Shown piece by piece: positions 35,601-49,420 of a stretch of 64,000 nt of DNA; the first letter of the stretch is position 1; each line of letters starts with the position of its first letter. The notes beneath the pieces are model-generated. The model saw nothing but the letters and a program-made list of their open reading frames with translations, was not told where the DNA came from and did not search any database. This DNA is from Azolla caroliniana. Taxonomy: Eukaryota > Plantae > Polypodiophyta. Made by a program: the position numbers and the translations under genes. The stretch is taken from NCBI GenBank assembly GCA_043228905.1, contig JBHGNT010000016.1:17298001-17362000 (forward strand), written 5' to 3'.

Positions 35601-38600
35601 CTCGATGCCAACGAAACTTGGGACCTAGTTGATCCTCCCCGTCACTGTAAACCGATCGGATGCAAGTGGGTGTACAAGGTCAAGTACAACGCCGACGGTT
35701 CTGTTAACCGGTACAAAGCCCGGTTAGTGGCGAAGGGATACGCGCAGACCCACGGAATCGACTATGATGAGACCTTCGCTCATGTGGCGAAGATGACGAC
35801 GGTTCGTGTGGTACTGGCGGTTGCTGCGGCAAGGGGGTGGCATCTTCACCAGATTGATGTGAAGAATGCCTTCCTTCAAGGAGAGCTTGAAGAAGAAGTC
35901 TTTATGACTCAGCCCCCCGGATTTCACTCGGAGATGAACAAATCGGCGGTATGCCGACTGAAGAAGTCGCTTTACGGCTTGAAGCAAGCCCCCCAAGCCT
36001 GGAACGCGAAAATCACGCACCGGTTGCGTAAGCTGGGGTTTGCTGTCTCTAAGTCGGACTCTTCGTTGTTCATCCGGCAAGGCTCTGACGGTCCGGTATG
36101 TATACTCTTGTATGTGGATGATTTAGTCATCACCGGACCGGGTCTTCCCGAAATCAACCGCGTCATGTCCCAGTTGTCGGACGCATTCGAAGTGAAGGAC
36201 CTGGGGGACCTCCATTATTTTCTTGGGATCGAAGTGATCCGGACCCCCGACGGCATATTGCTCTCACAACGACATTACGTTCGGCATGACGGATTGCCGA
36301 CCTGTCTCCACACCCCTGGATCGGAACCAGAAGCTCCGTCCCAACTCCGGACCGGCCTACAATGAGAAACGGTTCCGACGGGTTGTCGGAAGCCTGATCT
36401 ACTTAACCATCACCCGACCCGACATCAGCTATCCGGTCGACATGGTAAGTCAGTTCATGCAGAAGCCGACCGTGGAGCACCTTCAGTGCGCGCAAAGAAT
36501 ATTACGGTATGTCAGCGGCACTAAGGACTGGGGACTGCTATACCGGCGAGGTATACCCGAAGAGCTTGTCGGTTACACCGATGCTGACTGGGCCGACGAT
36601 GCGTCTGATCGCCGCTCCACTTCCGGATACATGTTTTCTATAGGTAGCGCGGCCGTTGCGTGGAGCAGCAAGAAGCAGCCCACGGTGGCTTTGTCAAGCA
36701 CTGAGGCTGAGTACCGGGCCACTACCGTTGCCACTTGTGAAGCCATCTGGCTTCGGCGACTGCTGCGAGACTTGCGGATCGAGGTGCCGACCCCGATCCC
36801 GATTTACTGCGATAACATGAGCAGCCTGCAACTCGCCAGGAACCCTGTGTTCCATGCTCGCACAAAGCACATCGAGGTGCACTACCACTTCGTGCGTGAG
36901 CGGGTCCTGAGCGATGAAGTTGACCTATGGTATGTTCATACGGATTGGCAAGTTGCCGACATCTTCACCAAGCCGCTCGGATCAGACAAGTTGCAACACT
37001 TTACCGACATGCTTGGTATTCAGCATCTCGACGTGCCGCACTTGAGGGGGAGAAGCAAGGGCAAAGTCCCTATCGAAACGGGCAAAGGCAAAAAAACTGT
37101 TGAACCCGTCGGTAAGAGGAGAGCCGGAAGAAGAGGAGACAAGAAGATGAAGGAAGCCGAGTCGACGAAGGAAGTCGACACATCCGAATAGGTCGGAGCA
37201 AGCGGTTGTGAAGAAGAGTTGTGCACTCAAGAAGAGAAGTGCATGCTGTGCGGAGGTCATCACGACGGTACTGACCATGATGCGGAGTCGAATGGAGAAT
37301 TCGATTTCGGTTCACCGGCTGAAGAAGCCAAGGGAAGCATGGAGAAGGCCAAGACTCAGAAGTGGTCCGATGTTGTGAGAGGCCTGAAGCCGGAAGTCGA
37401 ATCGGAGTGTACCGATTCGGACAAGAGCTGGAACGAGTCGGAGACAGCTGACTCGGATCGACAGATGGACCCGGATGAGTCGGATCGACTGAAGGCCAAG
37501 GGGACACGGACACAGCGGAAGTCGATGCCATCGTGGGAAAACCAATGGATCGACAAGTGTCGGAGTCACAACAACGTGACTGCTGAGATGGGCCTATTGA
37601 GCAGACATGTCGACCAAGAGGGTCGAGGCGCGCAGAACCAAAGGGGTCGCGGCAAACGGGACCGGACCGGACGAGGAGCGCGAGCAAGGCGGAGTGACAC
37701 CAGGAGAAGTCGGTTGAAAGAACCGACTGCCACAGAGGTCGACACTACGACCCCACCTCAGGTTGAGCTTGAGGGGGAGTGTTGAGCGGCAAGCTCAACC
37801 GGAGCCGGATCGGCTGAATAAGCCGGAGCCGGTAAGCGAGACGGATCGGGCGAAACGGATCGGTATGACGGTGAGCAACCGAACCGACAAGCAGTGGAGG
37901 CCGGGTGCAATCCGTAACCGGCAGTCCAATCGAAGCCTAGAATAGGATAGACTACTAGGTATCTATAGTCTCGTAGTAAGTGTCAGATGCTCGTGTGAGC
38001 ATTGAAGTACATGGTACTTCTGTCAGTCCCAAGAGGACTTGTATAAATAGTGCTACTTAGCACAATGTGTATGAGTAGAGTCTTAATATAATTTTGGAAA
38101 TTACGTTTTGCTCTCTCTCTCTCTCTCTCTGTGTTGTTCTCTGTTTTACGCTTCCGCAAACACTTACGTTTACAGATTCCTGTTGGGGAATGGCTTGGTA
38201 AAAGGGGCGGCCCAATAGGATGCCCACTTTGCTCTTCACCCATTGAGTCTCTGAGACACTGTCTTTGGGATTGCCCTCAAGCTCAAAAGGTATGGGACAG
38301 AGTCACTCGCCTCCTAGCGGCATGTGAAGTGGTTGGAACAGCCTCGTGGAGTGCTGCGGCATGGATTGACCTCTTGACTGATAGGTGGACGGACGCCTTT
38401 AATGAGGATACTTGGTGCTATGTATGCACGGGAGGCCAAATCGGCAAGATCCGCGTCAAGAGAGACTTGTTGTCCGCATCCCCTAGGTTCCTGGAAATTT
38501 GGAGGTTGATTGCGGGCTTCACCTTATGGTATGTCTGGAAAGCACGATGCTTAAAGGTTTTCCAAGATCGGGTACAACCCCCAGAGGAAGTGATCATGGA

Positions 38601-39030
38601 TATCTAGTTCGCACTTATCAGCTGCCTACGAGTGCAATTAGATGAGGTTTGCAACCACTCCAATGACGTGGCCACTACCCGGTTGCGCTTTTGGCAGAAA
38701 TGGCAGAACACGTCTATGGTGACGCCTGGAGAAAGTGGACCGAGGTGGAACTACCAGCCCCCACGATGGTTGTTTCCTTCTTTCACGCCTCCCTCCCTTC
38801 AATGTAGGCCCCGGGAGTCGGCTCATTTTGGCCGACACTAAAGGCCACTGCTTTTAGGTATAGGTATCTACTTACTTTAGGTAGTCGGTTTGAAAAACTA
38901 TGTAAGTAGTCTCATTTTCTTGATCTTGATCTGAGGGAGATTCCCTGTTTTGTGTATAAGCTTCCTTGTATAGTCTCCTTGTAATAATCCTTCCTAACTA
39001 ATGGGAAAGTAGCTTTATTTTGGAAAAAAA
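31534..39030 (+). mobile_element. 5'-truncated L1-type LINE (ORF2 C-terminus with zf-RVT), split by copia 32317-38174
   Basis: FWKGLWRLHMPKKIKLFWWQIGHNVI|PVGEWL..CPLC..ESLRHCLWDC..WYVWKARC; A-tail at 39024-39032; TSD AATAACTCCAA at 31523-31533 and 39031-39041. Confidence 0.9.
32317..38174 (+). mobile_element. Full-length Ty1/copia (Ale/RE1-like); family B copy 2
   Basis: LTRs at 32317-32724 and 37780-38174; TSD GATTC; PBS TGGTATCAGAGC at 32725; PPT TTGAGGGGGAG; gag-pol 32819-37785 with small deletions and stops. Confidence 0.97.
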
Positions 39031-39419
39031 AATAACTCCAAGCTTAACTTTACTTGGGCTCTATTCTATGTTTGTAACATTGGTGACATTTATTGTTCCA
39101 ATATTCTTTATTACGGGAGTTTTGTTAATATCAAATGTTTATCATTTTGACAACTTCAATGTAAGTTGTAACATAAAACATTATTTAGCCAAGTTTCATA
39201 GCTTCTACAAAGAAACATCATTTCTTCAATTTGAGAATGAAAAATGTTATCAATAAAAAAAAGGAATAATGTAGTCACAGTAAATTATCTTCCATTAATC
39301 ACATTGTTGTAATTTTAATTATGTTCTATACCTTAATCATATAGATCAGATGTCAAGAATATCCGAAAGACTGAAACTAAAACCCAGCATGAATGAAACA
39401 CAGCGACTAAGGAAAGACA

Positions 39420-39796
39420 TATTTGAAGGGGGGAGAGAGGCAGATCGATCAGAAAGCGCACAAGGGACCAAAAGTGAAGGAAGCTTGACAGACTGTTGAT
39501 CTGAACAAGCATCACAACCCACTTCTATTATCTGTAGAAGACTTCTTCTCATTGCTCACATAGACAAGTAAATCTTCATACTTTCTTCTTAGTGCTAAGT
39601 CAAGATCGAAGTAGCACAACAAGCAACATATATCGAGGTTGGTTCTTTTTTATGTAATTGGAAGGCGACGTACTCCAAAAATCCACGGATGCCAATACCC
39701 TTTGCTTCCAAATGTATGGTGAAAATATTTTCACTTGAAACCAAGTTTGCCATAAACTTGATGCTTCAATAAATCCACCATGATGGTGAAGAAATT
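39420..39796. repeat. Dispersed repeat of unknown class, copy 2
   Basis: Similarity to 26620-27006. Confidence 0.75.
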
Positions 39797-40149
39797 TCAG
39801 ACATTGGCACTGTCAATCATTTTGTAAGACTAAAGTGCCCAAGGTTTTCGTTGTATTTTCATTCTCGTATCTAATAAACGGAAATTAAGGGAAAAAGAAA
39901 CGATTTCATTTCCTTGTGTGTACTTCTCAATTAGTTTTTGACAAACTTTTCCCCAACAATTTCGTAGGTTGTGCAAATAGGACAGAGGAGTTTTGATGGA
40001 TAGAATATTGCAATTGCGACAAGCTTTTTACAATTACTATTATGCATGAGAAATATAAAGAGTGTTATTGAATGGTCCATCAGAATCACATGTTTTTCTT
40101 CTTGTTCTTTTTATACAAATGATTAGTAACATCGAGACATTTGAAATAG

Positions 40150-40320
40150 GTAATATAGATTTTTGAGATGTTTTTCCGAGTGGACTACCACATGGGTTAC
40201 CTCCTAAACCTAATAAATACCATCTTATAGATATTGTACCTAGCGTTGCACCAATAAGTATACCTCCTTATCGCTTAAGTCGATCCGAAGAGGATGAGGT
40301 ATCTAAGCAACTCAAGGACT
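40150..40320 (+). mobile_element. Old gypsy pol fragment (pre-RT region)
   Basis: LPHGLPPK..HLIDIVPSVAPISIPPYRLSRSEEDEVSKQLKD. Probably the same element as the integrase fragment at 58166-58620. Confidence 0.7.
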
Positions 40321-40700
40321 CGCATTACGCATAGACGCCTATTCGTTGTTCCACAACCACTTGGAGGTTTAGGTCGAAGGACTGACCGTGGATCGTGTTC
40401 CTAATCGGCAACACTTTTGGCACGCTTGGTGATATGTGTCTTCTCACAGACAAGCAACGACGAATGGATGTTTAGCCGCAGACGCCCCAAAGAACCAACA
40501 TGACAAGACTGGCCAATAACAAGGTCCGTCACACGCTAGGCAAAAGAACGCGTATGGCAAAAGCCTCGCCTCAGCAACCTCAGTACTACCTGCCGTGATT
40601 ACAAAGGTGATACTTCGCTTTCCAAATACCTCGACGAGACGCGGGGACTACGTTCACCACAGCCACCCTGTGGTCTTTCCCGAACCGCCGTAGCCCCCAG

Positions 40701-43700
40701 CATGGCCTTTGCCTACCCCCGCTTTAACAGCGAAACTGATGCCGCAACTCATATTCGCATGTTCCTTAATGTCTAGAATGCGAAGCACATGGCGCAGAGC
40801 CTTTCGGAGGCAGTAGCGCACCAGTCGAAAATGACGGAGTTTGGGTTAACATTGGATGGGCGAGCGGCGTTTTGGCATCCACAAATGGATTTACCAGCAA
40901 TAACAACCTTCGATCAGCTGCAATCCGCTCTCTTGCGGTTCTTCCATCGGAGGGTTCCACAACGCGAAATCCTCGGACAATTCTACACGATTAAGCAACT
41001 GCCGACCGAGACGATAACAGACTTCAGCTTATGTTTTCAAACTTTACGACGGAAACTAGAACGGAGCCCCGCAGAGGACGAGTCTCGAGAAACATTTGTG
41101 GCAGCATTACGCTGACCCATCCGGGCAACGCTCAACAACAATAGCGTGAAAGGGGAAACGGCAGATATGGTCATTGAACGAGCATTACAACTCGAGTTGG
41201 ACGAGGAGGAGGAAAGGTTTTCTATGTCCTCCTTACGACAAGCATTACTCTAGGACGAGGAACGCCAGTTTCGTCAAGCAATCCATTGCACGATTTGCTT
41301 AAACTCGGGGCATTCCGCAGTGGAGTGCAATATGCGAATCCACTGCCCAATCTGCCACTCGAAGGCTCACACATTTGACCAATGCGAATACAATATGTTG
41401 AACAGAGCCACTCGCGCAGTCCGCAGCATGGACACCCAGCGTCCACCACACCGGACTGAACAAAGGAGGCAAGAAGACCGACCACAGTATAGGGATCGCA
41501 ACCCACAGGATGACCGACATCACCGAAATCGCCGAAATCACAACAATTCCGAGGATGACAAACCAGAGGCCGAGGATTATCGTGGACATCCGAGTTATGC
41601 TAAAGGGGGTCGGCACTACAAGAATCACCGGTCGACAAACAAACGAGGCGGCTTCAATGGTTATTGTGGTAAGCCGCGACAATATCGAGATCACCGCCAT
41701 TACGATGAAAGCTCGGGAGATGAGTGACACCAGGAACAACGACGGGACCAACAACAACCACCGCATACATTCCGACAAACGAGGCCGGACCGCGAGGAGC
41801 AAGTAGCACCAAGGGAGCGGCACACACCACCAGGAGCCGAGAAGGGTGAATCAAGCATCCATTGTTTTATTTGTCAGCAGCCCGAACATTATGCCACGCA
41901 ATGCCCAGCACGCAAGGGAAAGGGGCCCGCTGTGAATACGATTACGGCGGAAGTGCAGTAAGTCATGACACGCCAACAAACAAAAACGGCTGATTGGGCT
42001 TCGCAAGACGAGATACGCCGACAAACCCAAGCATGGGTGGAAAAAGCAACCACGACCAATACAGAGCTCATGCGGAAGGAGTCCACGAACGCGAAGGAGA
42101 CCAGTCCCGGACCCCATTTGGCAGGCGTTAACTCCTCCGCATTTCTGAAAAGCAGAGGACGAAAGACCGGTCCCGGACCCCATTTGGCAGGCGTTAGCGG
42201 GCTGTGAGATAACGTTAACCATGGAGAAACTACTGCAGCTAGTCCCACGCTTCCGCCAGACCATGGAAGAATGGGTGACAGGCATACTTGGGGTGAGTGT
42301 CACTACAAACCTTACAGACGTTAGCGATGGACCACCGGTAATGGATCAGCACAACCCGGCTATTACATTAATATTACACGGACATGAAATTCCTGGATGC
42401 GTAATCGACAACGGCTCAGGCGTCAATGTAATTAGCGCGAAAACTTGTGAGCAGTTAGGCATTTCAGAATGGGAGGCTTGCCCATTCTGGCTCCGAATGG
42501 CAGATACCCGGTCAGTACGACCATTGGGGTTAATTCGCAAAATAGGCATTATCGTGGGCGGACACCACTTTGACATCTCGGTGGTCATCCTCGCCTTGGA
42601 CGCCCTAGGGGTGTACCTAGTGCTTCTGGGCAGACCATGGCTTCGGGCAACAAATATCAAGCAGAGCTGGCAACACAAATGTATCAGTTTCCGACACGGA
42701 CGCACCAAGGTTCGCATACCTACAGAAGGAAGCACACCACAACTCAAGGGTATAACACCATTATACGTAGAAGATATAAATATGCTGGCTGAGGTGGAGG
42801 ATGCAGAATTAGAGGCATACCTAGATGAGCACCCATGGATCATTCCCCTGTTCAAAATCGACGTCATCGAACCGCGGCAGGATATGCCACGACCGCTATT
42901 CTCCACGACGAGGCTTACGAACCAAACCTAGAGTCGATATTGGAACTCAGCGGAGCACGGGTGGCATTCCAAAGGGAAATGGAGATTTCACGACGAGTCA
43001 CCGCTTCCGCCCTGGAAGAAGTAAATGTGGGTACAAAATCGGAGCCCCGTTTCCTCTCCATCACAAAGGAATTAAGGCCGGACCAGAGAAACATGATGAT
43101 CGCACTACTCACGGAATATAAGGATGTGTTCGCTTGGGCACACGAGGACATGAAGGGGTTAGATCCCAAGTTCTATCAACATAAGATCAATTTAGCAACC
43201 GACGCGAAACCCGTCCAGCAGCGCCACTACCGCATGAACCCGAACTACGCGACCCCCGTGAAAGAAGAAATTGACAAGCTCCTGAAGGCGGGGTTCATCC
43301 GACCAATTAAACAAGCGACATGGTTAAGCCCGATAGTGGTCATTCCAAAGAAAAACGGCAAAATACGGGAATGCGTAGATTACTGAAAATTAATGTCGTA
43401 ACCATTACGGACGCATTTCCCTTACCCTTCACCGATAGCGTACAGGACGTCGTCGCAGGACATGAGATGTACAATTTTTTAGATGGCTTCAGTGGCTATA
43501 ACCAGGTACGCATGCATCCGGAGGACCAAGAAAAGACGACATTTGTCACAGACTGGGGAGTATATGTGGCAGTCGTCATGATGTTCGGGCTAAAGACGGC
43601 GCCGGCAACATTTCAACGGACAATTACGGAGATCTTTGGGGAATACATTCCGGCGTTCATGCAAGTTTTTTTAGACGACTTTGTGGTATATGGGAGAACA

Positions 43701-45810
43701 ATAGACCATTTTACACACTTACAACTCTGCCTGGAAAGTTGCCGCAGCACACGCTTAAGCTTGAATCCCGCGAAATGTGCTTTCGGCGTGACCAGCGGGA
43801 CTCTCTTAGGCCATATAGTCAGCAAGGAGGGAATAACAGTTGATCCGAACAAGATCTCCGCGATTACACAAGCCAAAACTCCGACAAACGCCAAATCGCT
43901 CAGCCGGTTTTTAGGACAAATACGGTGGCATAGTCGGATGATGCGGTATATGGCGAACTTCGCCACGCCGTTACATGTTGTCGTACATCGGACTCCTTTC
44001 CAATGGACTGCAACGGAGGATAAGGCCTATGAGGCACTTAAGATAATGCTCACACAGGCCCCCGTCGTACAACCACCAGTTTGGGCGAAGCCATTCCACG
44101 TGTTCGTCGATGCCTCAGACATAGCAATAGGAAGTGCACTAATGCAGCTCACTGAACCAAACTGGTACCGGCCAGTATACTACGCTAGTCGCATATTATT
44201 AACTGCAGAGCGTAACTATTCCACAACGGAGCGGGAGGCGCTAGGGATGATCTATAGCATCAATAAATTCCGGCATTATTTACTAGGAAGGAAATTCACG
44301 TTCCACGTGGATCATTCGGCGCTGCTGTATTTGGTGGATGCTGCTGCTCCAAGAATTTGATTTCGTAATCCAGCACTGACCAGGGATGCAACACGCAGTG
44401 GCAAATTTTTTGAGCAGACTCGAGAATGGAGAAACAATACAGAAATATGACGACGATTTTCCGGATGCCGACATCCTGCGGGTAGCAGCACTAGCAGAAA
44501 GAATGGAATCGACCTTTCCGGACCGGTGGCTTATGGAAATGACGTACTTTTTGACTACGGGTCTGCCTCCACCACAATTATGCACAGACTAGAAGAAACA
44601 ACTAGCCGTCTGAAGCCGTCACTTCTGCCTCGTCGAGGGCATTTTATATCACAAAGGAAGTGACGGCATTTGGCGACGTGGGGTACGTCAGGATGAGAAG
44701 GAAGCAGTTTTACGGGAGGCACACTGCGGCACGGTAGGCGGCCATTACGCGGGCGATGTTATAGCCCGGAAAGTATGGCATGCGGGCTTATGGTGGCCAA
44801 CAACGCAGAAGGACGCAACCGAGTATTGTAGAAAGTGTGATTTGTGTCAACGGATGGGCCAACCCGCGGAGGGCGCAAGGATGCCACACTAGCCCGTATT
44901 ACCGCTAGACCCCTTCCAAAAGTGGGAATTGGATTTTGTGGGCCCCTTCACACTGACGGCAGCTCGTACGGGCAATAAATACATATTGGTAGCCACGGAT
45001 TATTGCACCAAGTGGGTAGAAGCAAGGGCACTACGTGAAAATACGGCAGCCATCACAACTAGATTCCTTTACGAGCAAATCTGGTACCTGTTTGGCTGTT
45101 TGATTGACCTTATTAGTGACCAAGGGAGTCACTTTCTCAATATGGTGGTTCGGGAACTAACACATCATTACGCCGTAGTCCATAAGAAGAGTACGCCATA
45201 TTATCCGTAGGCGAATGGGTTAGCAGAATACAACAACAAGACGTTGCAGACCATTTTGAAGAAAATCTTCAATGAAAATAGAACGGACTGGGATACCAAA
45301 TTACAGAGTGCGTTATGGGCGTACAGAACCAGCTACAAAACAAGCATATAGTCAACACCGTTTCGATTAGCATTTGGGCTAGAGGTTCTGATGCTGGTCG
45401 AATTTCAGGTACCCAGTTTGCGAATTCAGGTACGGAACCGACTATCAAGAGCCAAGTCGGAGGAGGTACGGCTCCACCAACTCCTCGAACTCGGGGAAAA
45501 ACGCGTACACAACATGGCTATGTTGGAGCAGGAACAACGACCGCGTAAAGCATTTGTGGATCCACATCGGAACGCAAGGGAAAAGGAGTTCGCCGTGGGT
45601 CGAGCGATGCTGGTTTTCCAAACTCGCATGGGCCATATGCTAGGGAAATTACAATTCCGCTCGATCAGGCCATACTGGATAATTGGAGCGGAACAAGGCA
45701 CGTTCCAACTAGGTACGCTGGCCGGGGAAGTAGTACGGCAAAAGGTGAATGGGTTTCGGCTCAAACCTTACCTAGGCCCTACATCACCTAACCCATTCAC
45801 CGCCGAATAG
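40701..45810 (+). pseudogene. Athila-like gag-pol
   Basis: Fragmented ORFs from 40789..41115 to 45391..45810 carrying the motifs listed for the element. Confidence 0.9.
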
Positions 45811-47616
45811 GACAGAGCCGGAGAACCTACAGTGTAAATGGACGGCCCCACTTGTACCATAATGTAAAAATAGGTTGTAGATAACCGTTACTGGATAATT
45901 GGAGCGGAACAAGGCACGTTCCAACTAGGTACGCTGGCCGGGAAAGTAGTACGGCAAAATGTGAATGGGTTTCGGCTCAAACCTTACCTAGGCCCTACAT
46001 CACCTAACCCATTCACCGCCGAATAGGACAAAGCCGGAGAACCTACAGTGTAAATGGACGGCCCCACTTGTACCATAATGTAAAAATAGGTTGTAGATAA
46101 CCGTTACTGGATAATTGGAGCGGAACAAGGCACGTTCCAACTAGGTACGCTGGCCGGGGAAGTAATACGGCAAAAGGTGAATGGGTTTCGGCTCAAACCT
46201 TACCTAGGCCCTACATCACCTAACCCATTCACCGCCGAATAGGACAGAGCCAGAGAACCTACAGTGTAAATGGACGGCCCCACTTGTACCATAATGTAAA
46301 AATAGGTTGTAGATAACCGTTACTGGATAATTGGAGCGGAACAAGGCACGTTCCAACTAGGTACGCTGGCCGGGGAAGTAGTACGGCAAAAGGTGAATGG
46401 GTTTCGGCTCAAACCTTACCTAGGCCCTACATCACCTAACCCATTCACCGCCGAATAGGACAGAGCCGGAGAACCTACAGTGTAAATGGACGGCCCCACT
46501 TGTACCATAATGTAAAAATAGGTTGTAGATAACCGTTACTGGATAATTGGAGCGGAACAAGGCACGTTCCAACTAGGTACGCTGGCCGGGGAAGTAGTAC
46601 GGCAAAAGGTGAATGGGTTTCGGCTCAAACCTTACCTAGGCCCTACATCACCTAACCCATTCACCGCCGAATAGGACAGAGCCGGAGAACCTACAGTGTA
46701 AATGGACGGCCCCACTTGTACCATAATGTAAAAATAGGTTGTAGATAACCGTTACTGGATAATTGGAGCGGAACAAGGCACGTTCCAACTAGGTACGCTG
46801 GCCGGGGAAGTAGTACGGCAAAAGGTGAATGGGTTTCGGCTCAAACCTTACCTAGGCCCTACATCACCTAACCCATTCACCGCCGAATAGGACAGAGCCG
46901 GAGAACCTACAGTGTAAATGGACGGCCCCACTTGTACCATAATGTAAAAATAGGTTGTAGATAACCGTTACTGGATAATTGGAGCGGAACAAGGCACGTT
47001 CCAACTAGGTACGCTGGCCGGGGAAGTAGTACGGCAAAAGGTGAATGGGTTTCGGTTCAAACCTTACCTAGGCCCTACATCACCTAACCCATTCACCACC
47101 GAATAGGACAGAGCCGGAGAACCTACAGTGTAAATGGACGGCCCCACTTGTACCATAATGTAAAAATAGGTTGTAGATAACCGTTACTGGATAATTGGAG
47201 CGGAACAAGGCACGTTCCAACTAGGTACGCTGGCCGGGGAAGTAGTACGGCAAAAGGTGAATGGGTTTCGGCTCAAACCTTACCTAGGCCCTACATCACC
47301 TAACCCATTCACCGCCGAATAGGACAGAGCCGGAGAACCTACAGTGTAAATGGACGGCCCCACTTGTACCATAATGTAAAAATAGGTTGTAGATAACCGT
47401 TACTATATAATTGGAGCGGAACAAGGCACGTTCCAACTAGGTACGCTGGCCGGGGAAGTAGTACGGCAAAAGGTGAATGGGTTTCGGCTCAAACCTTACC
47501 TAGGCCCTACATCACCTAAACCATTCACCGCCGAATAGGACAGAGCCGGAGAACCTACAGTGTAAATGGACGGCCCCACTTGTACCATAATGTAAAAATA
47601 GGTTGTAGATAACCGT
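45673..47616 (+). repeat. Tandem array, 9 x 216 bp, covering the integrase C-terminus and start of the 3' region
   Basis: Unit TACTGGATAATTGGAGCGG...TAGATAACCGT starts at 45673, 45889, 46105, 46321, 46537, 46753, 46969, 47185 and 47401, with only a few substitutions per unit. Confidence 0.97.
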
Positions 47617-48813
47617 TACGAAAGAAAAAAAGAAAAAAAAGAGAAGATAGTGACTATTTAAACGACTAAAGGCATGCACAAACTCATAGTTCAAGAACAC
47701 ACGACACTACGATGGCTCACCACCCAATGAACCCTAAGCCACAAAAGGAAGGAAACAGAAACCCATCTTCTAGCTATCAACATTCTCATCGCTCCTCCCC
47801 CTCACCTTCTCCTCCATCCTATCACAGAGCTTCAGCCCACCGCAACCACCGGTCTCCTTCCCACGAACCCCTCGGCGATGCCAATCTTCATATCTACTGC
47901 CCTACGTCGATGGCTCGTGGAGAAACGCCTGGATGGGTACATCCGGGTCGCAGAAGCACCCCCACACCCGGATGCCATGGACATCGCCAGGAAGCTTAAA
48001 ATCAACACGGTCCCAACTCCTCCATCCGGAAGAAGTTGGACTTGTCATCGCTAGGCGAAAGGCATTTCGAAATACCTCTTGAAGAGGCGTTGCAGCGATA
48101 TTTCGGACCATATTCCTCCTCCGCCAAGGCCTATAGAACGAAGCAGATTCCATATCCCTTCTTCCATGAAGTTGCCAAGTTCCTGCTAGAAGTCAGCTGC
48201 GTACATGTCAAGGCATATAGGATGCCCAAGCAGAAGGCGGGCATCATTATCGATACCTTTGAAGGGCGTGCAGTCGATTGGGGGCTCATCATAGGGCTTG
48301 CGTTAAGGGAAGGCTTGCATGCATATCAGGCAAGCAAAAGCCTCAGGCCGATCATACAATAGTACCTTACGGTACTATTCCCACCCCGAGGCCTGTCGGC
48401 ACCGCAACCCAGCCGACCCAAGCCCCCGCCCCGATTCGCGAAGCGCAGGTTTGCGGAGTTAGCGGCCCTAGAGTGGGAAGAGGAACCCCAACTCGTCCAC
48501 CCAGACCCGAGCACAACACCTACCGACCAGCCGGACACACGGGCAATGCAGGAGGAACAACTGGCACGTTTCGTGGAAGCAGCCCTAGAGCCAGACACCG
48601 AAACACAGCAGGATAGCCCCAGACCGAAACGGCGTAGATTGGACAAGAAAGATGGGCGGGGGTTGGTCAAAGATGTCCCCACGGCGACAAAGACACCGAC
48701 CGAAGGCGATGGCTCCGTAGCTATGGAACCCAATACCACCTTCTAAATCATCGGGGAGCCACGGCCGATCATTACGACCCAGTCCCAACGAGGGAAAGCC
48801 GTATTGACGGCAG

Positions 48814-49420
48814 TGTCGTAGTGTATTTTGTACACTACGTGAAAAAGTAAAAATAATATAACCGATTTAATTACATATAAATAAATAAAATAAGAATATC
48901 AAAATATTTATCACGTGCATAGGGCAGGATTCAAACCTTGTACCTCCACGTAGCCAAACCTCAACTTTACCATTATGCTACCTTATCTTTAGTGTTCTAC
49001 AAATAGATTTAATAACTATAAGTGCTTTATTTGCGCCTACCTTTATTAAAAGGTAAATCATGTATTTTTAGAGTGCGTGAATATTTTATAGAAAAACGCA
49101 AGCAACTAAAAAGTGACTCATGCACATCTAGCGGGCATGAGCACTATATTTAGCAAATAAAAGCAAGGATTAGAAAAGCATCACATGCACATTTAGTGTG
49201 CATGAACATATTAGAAAAAAAAGCATGTAGCTATGCTTAGTCTCTCCCATCACTATATAAGGATGGGGAGCACATTGTAGTTTTTGTTGATTATTTTTCT
49301 ATAATGATCAATCGAATACAATACACTCGTGGGATTCACGAAATTTCTATCTCTCTTTCTAATAATCTATTCATTACTAGCCTCATCTCATATTCTTCTT
49401 TCTCCTAGTCCAAAACCTCA
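48814..49420 (+). mobile_element. AT-rich ~600-bp insertion, probable solo LTR containing a tRNA-like segment
   Basis: Abrupt composition change; CAGTG on both sides (48811-48815 and 49419-49423) overlapping possible TG..CA termini; TATATAAG at ~49254 followed by a CT-rich tract. Confidence 0.65.

Noticed and set aside
42101-42200. ~30-bp direct repeat at 63-bp spacing in the gag-PR linker as a recoding signal
   Set aside because: It looks like a simple in-frame local duplication, with no slippery site or structure identified.
45673-47616. CRISPR-like array
   Set aside because: The units are contiguous near-identical 216-mers without unique spacers, derive from integrase, and have no cas genes nearby; the context is eukaryotic.
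48916-48987. Functional tRNA gene
   Set aside because: The anticodon and T stems do not pair properly; kept only as a tRNA-like relic.
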